Assembly: GCA_964631415.1 (NCBI GenBank)
Contig: CAZVZC010000034.1
Coordinates: 1 to 21,827, forward strand
Reading direction: 5' to 3'
DNA length: 21,827 nucleotides
DNA from: an uncultured archaeon
GTDB lineage: Archaea; Asgardarchaeota; Thorarchaeia; Thorarchaeales; Thorarchaeaceae
In this document: piece by piece, positions 9,102 to 16,334 of the stretch
How positions within the stretch are numbered: position 1 is the stretch's first letter
Layout of the letters: each line of letters opens with the position of its first letter
Notes under the pieces: model-generated
What the model saw: only the letters and a program-made list of their open reading frames with translations
The model's database searches: none
Told to the model about the DNA's origin: nothing
Position numbers and translations under genes: made by a program

Positions 9102-10007
9102 CTAGCCAATCTTGAAACGGGGGTGTTGACGGTCGGGGCGGATCCTCTTCTCAAGAAGAACTCCCGAAAGGGCTGTGTCAATCATTGCCACTGATGGAAA
9201 CACCACGGGGGCGTGCTTGACAGGGCCATACAAGACAAAGTCAGCGCCAAGCACAACGGGCATTAGACTCGACCCAACAAGAGCTGGCATCTTGGCCTCC
9301 TTTCCGAACTTCGGAACGAGGCCACTCCACATGTTTACTGCATTATGAGCCCCACACCCGACTGGCAGCCCGTGTTTCTCTTTCAGGAGTTGCATCGCTC
9401 TGCATGCCAAGCCGAGTGTCAACAGGTCCACCACGCCTGTGTCAATCAACACGTTGGTCACTCCCGCCCTTGCGGCTTTGGCTATGAGGACATCTGCTGT
9501 TTCAACCCTCTTCATCGCGGAGGCCATGGCTTCCCTTGAGAATGCGAGAAGGACTGCGTTCTTCAGCTTGCTCTCCTTCATCTTATCGTAGATTGCGTCG
9601 CTAGTTTCAGATGCGAGTGAGTTCAGCATGACTCTGTCCAACAGGCCGGCTTCGCGCGCGAAATCAATTCCCGATAGGTTCACCTCTTCTGAACCAGAGC
9701 CATCGATGAGCAAGGGCATGTCAGTGAGATCTGCAAGCAATGACAGGTATTTCCTGATCGCCGCTGATGATGAGGCGACGACATCCAACATGCTCGGGAG
9801 CCCAGTCTTCTCAGAAACCTCAATTAGTGCCTGAAGGGTTTTCTCGGTTTCAGACGTGTCTATCTCCCCTGTCTTGGAGTCAAGGACAAGCTTGTCCTTC
9901 GAGTAGAAGATAGAGCCGATGAGGACAGTCGGCGCAAGTCCCGGTGTCCCACCTATCTTCACGCCGTGAATCTCAAGAGTCTTCTGCTGTGTTGTGTAGT
10001 CGAACAA
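9102..10007 (-). CDS. mtrH: MtrH/MtgA-family pterin (H4MPT/H4F):corrinoid methyltransferase
   Basis: VKIGGTPG..PTVLIGSIFY, LIDTGV, PVGCGAHNA, GADFVLYGP are typical of the MtrH family; no other mtr subunits are adjacent. Confidence 0.9.
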   Translation of the reverse strand: MFDYTTQQKTLEIHGVKIGGTPGLAPTVLIGSIFYSKDKLVLDSKTGEIDTSETEKTLQALIEVSEKTGLPSMLDVVASSSAAIRKYLSLLADLTDMPLLIDGSGSEEVNLSGIDFAREAGLLDRVMLNSLASETSDAIYDKMKESKLKNAVLLAFSREAMASAMKRVETADVLIAKAARAGVTNVLIDTGVVDLLTLGLACRAMQLLKEKHGLPVGCGAHNAVNMWSGLVPKFGKEAKMPALVGSSLMPVVLGADFVLYGPVKHAPVVFPSVAMIDTALSGVLLEKRIRPDRQHPRFKIG

Positions 10008-10155
10008 GCCTTGGGTCTCCAGGGCTCAGTCAGAGCACGAACAACTGAGTCACGAGGGTCAAGCGAGTGGCGTACCTCAATAATCTTTTCACAGGACCGT
10101 CCGAAATACCTCGATAACACATGATTCTCGCCCGACGAGCCGATAGAGGCCCAAT

Positions 10156-10169
10156 TTCCTTTTAAGGAA
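10156..10169. promoter_or_regulatory. Inverted repeat overlapping a TATA-like element in the divergent mtrH / MBL promoter region
   Basis: TTCCTT-TT-AAGGAA, which contains TTTTAA about 75 nt upstream of the MBL gene start. Confidence 0.4.
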
Positions 10170-10239
10170 CCGGACTAACGATTTTTCAACTGCAAGAGTT
10201 CCGGCCTGCCGACAGCCTCGCGGGGCCAAGGGATGTGGT

Positions 10240-10938
10240 TTGTTGCTCAAGATCACCTACTTCGGTCAGACATCTTTCAGACTGGAGTCCAAGGAGACCT
10301 CTGTCCTGTTGAATCCAGGAACGTGGGACGGCAAACCAGTGGTACCCGAAAGCCACGACGTCCGAATCATTGTGGCGACAAACCAGATGGACGATGCAAT
10401 CGGCAATGCGACCGCAATCGCTGCAAGGTCCAAGGCATGGATACTTGGTGATGAACAGACAGTCGAAAAGGTGAAGGCACAGGGCGGCAAGCCTTGGCTT
10501 CTCCATGTTCTGAAGGGCGAGGAGCCCTATCAGATTCCAGGACTGAAGATTACACCACATTCTCTTCAGAGACGAGACACAAAGACGGGTGATAAGATTC
10601 AGAATCTGGGTCTGTACATCGAGATGGGAGGCATGAAGGTTTCCTATCTGGGCGACACAATAGTCCGGGGTCCGTTCGAGCATTTGCAGGCAGATGTCCT
10701 CATTGTGCCGGTAGGGGATGGAGAGGTGTTTGCCGTCAAGGATGCTGTCAGCCTCTGCGTCGACTCAAAGCCTCGGATAGGCATCCCCATGAGATGGACC
10801 ACACCAGAACAGAAGACCAAGTTCGCCAAGTACGTGGAGCAGTTTGTCGGTGGGACGACACCTATGCTCATGGAACCAAAGCAGACCTTGGAGATCCAAT
10901 GGGTCGCAGGCAACGAGTTCAGGTACAAGTTGTCCTGA
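10240..10938 (+). CDS. Metallo-beta-lactamase-fold protein (UPF0173/Lactamase_B_3-like), probably catalytically inactive
   Basis: KITYFGQTSF..LLNPG, YLGDT, DVLIVPVG and IPMRW give the family fingerprint, but THxHxDH reads TNQMDDA. Confidence 0.85.
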   Translation: MLLKITYFGQTSFRLESKETSVLLNPGTWDGKPVVPESHDVRIIVATNQMDDAIGNATAIAARSKAWILGDEQTVEKVKAQGGKPWLLHVLKGEEPYQIPGLKITPHSLQRRDTKTGDKIQNLGLYIEMGGMKVSYLGDTIVRGPFEHLQADVLIVPVGDGEVFAVKDAVSLCVDSKPRIGIPMRWTTPEQKTKFAKYVEQFVGGTTPMLMEPKQTLEIQWVAGNEFRYKLS

Positions 10939-11017
10939 TTCCGTCCCGCGAGTCGAAGCAGTCCGGAGCGACATGAGCCCGAAAGGGTCGGCAGTGGGAC
11001 AGGCAGGTGAGCCATAG

Positions 11018-12799
11018 TTGAGTCAACAGAAGACAGTCATAATCGACCTGGAAGAAACTGAGAAGAGCCGCTTGGGAGAGATGAGCGAGCTTGCATCAGC
11101 AGAGGGATCAGGTGTTCTCAGTGTCAAGAACGTTTCAGCGCAGAATCGCATATGGAACGTCAGAGTACATCTAGGTGACAGCCGGGCCGGGACAAGTATC
11201 CAAGACCAGATGCTGTCAGCTGGCGAGATCGATGCTGGTGCCAAGTGGACTACCAGCTATGGTATCACAGTCAGGGCCCCGGTTCTGAAGCTTATTGAGA
11301 TTTACGACACGTGCAGCACTGTGGCAGCAGAGAAAGCCCACTGGGCCTACGTGCGTGGCAAGGAAAACCCCGTCAGAATCACACTGCATGTCAAGAACGA
11401 AACTGATGGTCAGATTGACAGCCTCATCCTCAACAAAGCAATCCCTCCCGAGCTCTCCAAGGTCAAGGTTGAGAGTGTGAAGTCTGGCACTGCCAAGTTC
11501 GATGAGGGAACTCGACAGGTCGTTTGGAAAGACTTCGTGATATATCCAAGGGAAGAATCCACTCTAGTGCTCATGGCTGTCGGCAGAGTGGATGACGTGG
11601 CGCAGAGAAGCGCAGGTGAGGCCGTCATTTCATATAGAGCCGAGGGCCAACAGAGGTCTTCGCTCAGTCCAGACATGACCGCGCTGACTGAGTTTCTCAG
11701 CGGAATAGAAACCTCCGAAACGGAGCCGAACCACTGGGACTGCACGCTTGAGTGTTCAAATGAGAGCGACCTCATGGTACGACTAGACAGGGCACAGGTG
11801 TTTCTTGCCCCCGAGAAGGGCGGCGAGAAGCGAAAAATGATTGACGAAACTCCACACATAGAGATGAAGCCGAAGCAGTCATGGAGCTCGGCCTTCGATG
11901 TCGACAGCAAGTCTCCACCGAAGTGTACGCACGATGTGGTCTACACTCCGATGAGGGTCATCAAGAAGAGAGTTCTTGGAACCATAAGCAAGACACCTCA
12001 GATGATACCAGTCTTCAGCATCGACTACAAGAAGACCTTCGATCCTCCCGAGGTCAATAGCTTTGACAAGACTCCCGTTGAGGTCACCATTGAAGTCACC
12101 AACAATGGAACTGCGAAACTTAATGACATAGAGATTGAGGACAGCCTTCCAGATGACGTGATGCCACCCAAGAAGGAACACATCACGGTCTGGGTAAGAG
12201 GTAAGGAGTACAAGGGCGGATACACAGTGACGGTCACTCCTGACGATCAAGACCCTGAGAAGCCTCACAAGCTGAGGTTCAAGATCGCCGGCATGAAGGA
12301 TACAGGCGGTGAACTGCAGCCCGGTGAGTCCGTGAAGGTGAACTATGCAGTAATGGCCTGGAGGAGTCGACCAGAGAAAGAGTATCAAAGCCCCATTCAC
12401 TGCTTGGCAAACACGTATCCAGTGGGTATCCCCGCAGAAGCAGCCAGCGCGCCTGACGGTCACAAGTTGGGCGTGGTATATCGGAAGCGGCGCATTGGCG
12501 CAAAGAAGGCAATCAACAAGGGTGGAAAGACAGGAGAGTACGTCGTCGTATTGGTCATTGAGAACAAGGGCGAAGTCACTGTGGAGAATGTGAAGGTGGT
12601 AGACTGGGCCCCTGCAAGCTTCAAGTACGTATCCTCGGACCCGCGCGAGGAGGAACCCAAGGTTGTCCTTGGCAAGGACGGGACCCAGATGATATGGACT
12701 TGGGCACGGATGAACCCCGGGGACAAGAAGTCATTACGCATCACGGTCAGGGGAGAGGGCGAGTACGAGCGACGCGAGCCCGAAGTGACCTCTGACTAA
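11018..12799 (+). CDS. Multi-beta-sandwich protein: N-terminal mu-homology-domain (MHD)-like region followed by two DUF11-like Ig domains
   Basis: 593-aa ORF with AGGTGA RBS at 11005-11010; no signal peptide or TM segment visible; repeated hxhxN...hxDxhP...W...hxPGE Ig motifs; N-terminal segments resemble the mu-adaptin C-terminal domain (see findings). The coding call is firm; the product call is tentative. Confidence 0.7.
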   Translation: MSQQKTVIIDLEETEKSRLGEMSELASAEGSGVLSVKNVSAQNRIWNVRVHLGDSRAGTSIQDQMLSAGEIDAGAKWTTSYGITVRAPVLKLIEIYDTCSTVAAEKAHWAYVRGKENPVRITLHVKNETDGQIDSLILNKAIPPELSKVKVESVKSGTAKFDEGTRQVVWKDFVIYPREESTLVLMAVGRVDDVAQRSAGEAVISYRAEGQQRSSLSPDMTALTEFLSGIETSETEPNHWDCTLECSNESDLMVRLDRAQVFLAPEKGGEKRKMIDETPHIEMKPKQSWSSAFDVDSKSPPKCTHDVVYTPMRVIKKRVLGTISKTPQMIPVFSIDYKKTFDPPEVNSFDKTPVEVTIEVTNNGTAKLNDIEIEDSLPDDVMPPKKEHITVWVRGKEYKGGYTVTVTPDDQDPEKPHKLRFKIAGMKDTGGELQPGESVKVNYAVMAWRSRPEKEYQSPIHCLANTYPVGIPAEAASAPDGHKLGVVYRKRRIGAKKAINKGGKTGEYVVVLVIENKGEVTVENVKVVDWAPASFKYVSSDPREEEPKVVLGKDGTQMIWTWARMNPGDKKSLRITVRGEGEYERREPEVTSD

Positions 12800-12848
12800 C
12801 CTTCCGTTTCATTTCATTTAGGTGAGAGGGACACGTAGTCCCTCCACC
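12800..12848. terminator. T-rich tract plus GC-rich hairpin between convergent genes; putative bidirectional terminator
   Basis: TTTCATTTCATTT follows the + strand stop, then GGTG-A-GAGGGAC-ACGTA-GTCCCTC-CACC (12821-12848; 11 bp with a 1-nt bulge). Confidence 0.6.
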
Positions 12849-12852
12849 CGAT

Positions 12853-13203
12853 TCATTCTGATTCTTCTCTTTCTAGCTCACTGAGCTCTCTTCTTGTTGC
12901 CTCAAGCTCAGCATCAATGTCTTCAAGCGGCACGTAGTCTGTTTCGTCATCAAGTGTGTGTGTGTCAAGCGTATAGAGGACTTTGAAACCTGCCAGAGTC
13001 TTATGTAGTGCATTTGAGATCTCTATGATTGCACTTCCAAGCTCTGACTCTGTCATGTCAGTGGGAGACTCGTGCTTGTAGATGAAGTCATATGCGCCCC
13101 TCACTGGGGTGAAGCCAAGCCCGACCAGTTTCGCAATCACTGTGGAAGGACTTGCTCCCTCACTGTTGAACCATACTGAAACTCGTGTGACGTACTTTGC
13201 CAT
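12853..13203 (-). CDS. Conserved archaeal hypothetical protein with an acidic C-terminal coiled-coil tail
   Basis: FNSEGASPS...LGF.P.RG.YDF.Y resembles a small conserved archaeal family (recalled, not searched); GAGGT RBS favours ATG 13203; 116 aa. Confidence 0.8.
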   Translation of the reverse strand: MAKYVTRVSVWFNSEGASPSTVIAKLVGLGFTPVRGAYDFIYKHESPTDMTESELGSAIIEISNALHKTLAGFKVLYTLDTHTLDDETDYVPLEDIDAELEATRRELSELEREESE

Positions 13204-13251
13204 GACCAAGACCTCGTTGAGCAGGAATACGTGAACAGCTTTCGGTTTTTC

Positions 13252-14370
13252 CTATAACCTTTGCTCAGGATTGGACTTGAGGTCATCATGGACCAGAAGA
13301 GAAGAGTCCTCATGTTCCAGTATGTGTCGCCACAGCGGCAGACACTCACAGTCAACTCCTCCCAGATCAGTGATCTCCTGCGTCAGCGAGAACGAGCGGA
13401 CTGATGCGGTCAGCACAGCATCGCACTTGCCGCAGTTGTGAGTCCCCCGACCCTTTCCAGCTGCCACGGGGTCACACACCACGTTGACTGATCTTGGCAG
13501 TGACTCTCGAGACCGTCTGAGGACTTCCAGAACTGTCCAGAGCCATGGTGGTCTGTACTCACCCCTTGACCACATCCTCTCAACCAGAGTGTACTTCTGA
13601 ACGTTCACAGGATTGAACGAAACAGTCGTGACGCCCATGGTTGCGGCATCTTGTGCGGTCTTGATAGAATCAAGCAGAGCATCCCTCTCCGTCAAGAAGG
13701 GCGGCTTCAACAAGACGTACGCACGTATGCCGATGTCGTGAGCACGAGCGGTTTTCAATGCCCTTCTGAAGCCCTCAGTCGAGAAGCCCTTGTTGATGCA
13801 TATTCGGCGGATGAAGTCACTACTGCTTTCCAAGCCAATGCCGAGCTCAATCTCACGTTCACCTAACGCATTCCGTAACTGAATCATGTTCTCATCGGAA
13901 ACGAATTCGGGCCTCGACTCGACCACGACCTGCCGGATGCGCTGGTCATTATTCAGGCGTGCGAGGATGGAAGCACGAGCTGACAGCGGCACCTCCTCCG
14001 GGTCCAGGAAACTGCCGCTTGTGTAGAGCTTGACGGACAGAGGATCCTGTGCGCCATCCAGCTTGGACATAGCGCGGGCGAACTGCTGCTCCAACTGCTC
14101 TGAAGAGGGCTGCTCCCGAGTACCGTCTAGCAGATAGCTGCACATCGTACATCCACCTGAAGGTCCCTGTGCATGCGCACAACCCTGAGTGGCGAGTACG
14201 ACTGACAATGCATTTCCGACTTCAGAAGAGATACGCGATTGAGATGTCCAAGCCGCAGAGGGCGCTTCCTGCGCATGTGTCCGACGCCTTGCCAAGGAGT
14301 CCTTCCTAGCACCCACTGACTCCTGAATGATGATCCGATGCAAGTCCTCTAATAGATCACTCGTACCCAA
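13252..14370 (-). CDS. raSEA: Archaeosine biosynthesis radical SAM enzyme RaSEA (TIGR01210 family)
   Basis: GCAHAQGPSGGCTMC cluster motif, KLYTSGSFLD, VESRPEFV, IGLES, YVLLKPPFLTE, YRPPWLW, GTHNCGKCD...CEC; 3 nt downstream of arcS. Confidence 0.92.
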   Translation of the reverse strand: MGTSDLLEDLHRIIIQESVGARKDSLARRRTHAQEAPSAAWTSQSRISSEVGNALSVVLATQGCAHAQGPSGGCTMCSYLLDGTREQPSSEQLEQQFARAMSKLDGAQDPLSVKLYTSGSFLDPEEVPLSARASILARLNNDQRIRQVVVESRPEFVSDENMIQLRNALGEREIELGIGLESSSDFIRRICINKGFSTEGFRRALKTARAHDIGIRAYVLLKPPFLTERDALLDSIKTAQDAATMGVTTVSFNPVNVQKYTLVERMWSRGEYRPPWLWTVLEVLRRSRESLPRSVNVVCDPVAAGKGRGTHNCGKCDAVLTASVRSFSLTQEITDLGGVDCECLPLWRHILEHEDSSLLVHDDLKSNPEQRL

Positions 14371-14373
14371 ACT

Positions 14374-16326
14374 TCATCCCACCTTGTGCCTCACCGACAC
14401 CGCGCGGCCCCTCTCAAACTCGCACATCTCGCGGCCAGACATCTCACTTCGACCCACTCCAAGGACATCATTATCGGCGCCAATGATCACTACCTCATCT
14501 CCCGGCCTTATCCCGGGGTCAGCCTCTCTGACCGCGACTGCAAACACGGAACCACCTTCTATGTGGTCACCGTCAAAACGGACCCAGTACCGCTTCAGCG
14601 GGGCAATGCGGCGCGCTCCCTCAATCGTGAGTGACAACGAACCTGTCGCTCCAACGAACGCACAGGTCTGCGCGCCGTCAACACTACAGAGGATTGTCCC
14701 GTAGGGCTTCCCACGTAGCACAGAGGTCTCTGGCACCAGTACCTCGCCTGCTCCGGATCCAAACTGATAGTCGGCCGTGGCGCGAAGTATTTCTCCTAAC
14801 TCATTACGAGCCCCGGCCGGAAGTGACAGTACGTTTCTCAGATCGCTCAGGGTTTCTCTCAGTCCTTCCAGAGACTGCTTACTGGTGGCCGAATGGCCGT
14901 CTGTCGTGTATACTATACTCTGTTCAATCCGAGACTCGGCCGCTTTCACTGCTTCCTCATACCCTTCCGCCACGTGAGCCACTACCACGACAGACCTGTC
15001 GAACTTCGCCAAGTGGGCAGCCAACGCGTCCCCTGCTATGCTGACTTCCTCGGCGTCCCAGTCACCAGTGACCGGGACGTCATAGACAGATGCGGGGTAT
15101 GCCCGCTCGAGCTCTCTCGGCACAACACCGAGTGGAGAAGTGACCACGGCTTCGGCAGCGGAGTTCCTTGATCTTTGAAGCCCGGAGTCAATGGCTTGCG
15201 TGAATAGCTTGTGCGACTTCGAGTCGGAATAGGGCTTCCGGGCTGAACACGGCAGAACCAGGACCAGCTTCTTGTGCTTAGGTGGAGCATACCTTGACGC
15301 AACATACTCACGGAACCGCCTCACAACAGGTGAGTTGTAAGACTCGGGACCGATGAGTGGCAGGACACCGCCTCCAGATGTGCTGGTGAACTCCTCAAGG
15401 TAGCCATACAACCTCTTGTCAACCACTCTCAGAATGGTGGCATGTGCAGTGCTCGAGTGGGTCATGGACTCGACCAGGTACCTTAGATGACCGGCATGGG
15501 CAGCTTGGACACTCTCGGACAGAAGAGACTCATACACGCCCACATTGTGACTAATGAGAGTGCTATCAGCAATCTGACTGGAAGTGTCTGCCATGCTCCG
15601 CCAAGACATACACGCATGACAGGGGCAGTATCTCAGCTCACCAGACCCTGCGACGTCCTCAGATCCCATTGGCCAAAGACGAACTTCATGAAACGCAGCG
15701 CCTGCCGCTCGGCCTACATCGATGAGGTCGAACCCTAGATAGCAGAGCATTGGGATCGCACTTGGATTCACCCTCCCGAGCGCCAATGCCAGCCAGTTGC
15801 AGGGAAGACGCGCGCGCAAGGATAATGACCTCATATCCTCCGGACCCAGACTGCCGTCAATGAGAAACGCAGCGGCTCGAACACCTAGCCTTGCGAACTC
15901 AGGGACGAGTGAGTCCATGTCCTCTGGACGAAGCCGCGGCGGGATTCTCACTATTGCACGAGATGCGGCGAGATCCTTTCCATGCTGATTGAGAACACTC
16001 AGTTGCTCGCGCAGCAATGCCATGGCAAACTCGGGACCCAGACTGGAGGAGGGTGGCAGCGATGGCAGTAGGACAGCTTCCTCAGACCTGATACGATCGA
16101 TAAGACCAGAATCAATCGTTGCTAGGGAAGGGAGTACGACTATCCTTTGCTTGGACTCTGGTTCGGCATCCCGCCCAGCGGTCCAATATGTGAGTTTCAC
16201 CTCAGGAATACTAACACCTGCAATCATTGTAGGGGTCGCCATAGACAGGGTTCCCAACTTCAGATTGCCAAAGCGAGCAGGACCATCATGGCCACGGTCA
16301 ATGAGAAACTCCATCTCTACGATCAC
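14374..16326 (-). CDS. arcS: Archaeosine synthase subunit alpha ArcS (degenerate TGT barrel + catalytic domain + PUA)
   Basis: HDGPARFG N-terminus, Zn site CPCHAC...HN, signature PCSARKPYSDSKSH (PCx3KPYx2Sx2H), TSPLGVVPRELE, YDVPVTGDW, C-terminal PUA (DPGIRPGDEV...GVG); GGAG RBS. Confidence 0.93.
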   Translation of the reverse strand: MIVEMEFLIDRGHDGPARFGNLKLGTLSMATPTMIAGVSIPEVKLTYWTAGRDAEPESKQRIVVLPSLATIDSGLIDRIRSEEAVLLPSLPPSSSLGPEFAMALLREQLSVLNQHGKDLAASRAIVRIPPRLRPEDMDSLVPEFARLGVRAAAFLIDGSLGPEDMRSLSLRARLPCNWLALALGRVNPSAIPMLCYLGFDLIDVGRAAGAAFHEVRLWPMGSEDVAGSGELRYCPCHACMSWRSMADTSSQIADSTLISHNVGVYESLLSESVQAAHAGHLRYLVESMTHSSTAHATILRVVDKRLYGYLEEFTSTSGGGVLPLIGPESYNSPVVRRFREYVASRYAPPKHKKLVLVLPCSARKPYSDSKSHKLFTQAIDSGLQRSRNSAAEAVVTSPLGVVPRELERAYPASVYDVPVTGDWDAEEVSIAGDALAAHLAKFDRSVVVVAHVAEGYEEAVKAAESRIEQSIVYTTDGHSATSKQSLEGLRETLSDLRNVLSLPAGARNELGEILRATADYQFGSGAGEVLVPETSVLRGKPYGTILCSVDGAQTCAFVGATGSLSLTIEGARRIAPLKRYWVRFDGDHIEGGSVFAVAVREADPGIRPGDEVVIIGADNDVLGVGRSEMSGREMCEFERGRAVSVRHKVG

Positions 16327-16334
16327 GCTCCTTG

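Noticed and set aside
9102-10007. mtrH as evidence of methanogenesis
   Set aside because: No mtrA-G or mcr genes in the window; stand-alone MtrH-family proteins occur in non-methanogens.
10969-10995. Resemblance to a hammerhead ribozyme or SECIS (ATGAG-CCCGAAAGGG-TCG)
   Set aside because: The CUGANGA and post-stem GAAA catalytic core are missing, SECIS spacing does not fit, and no in-frame Sec codon candidate was found.
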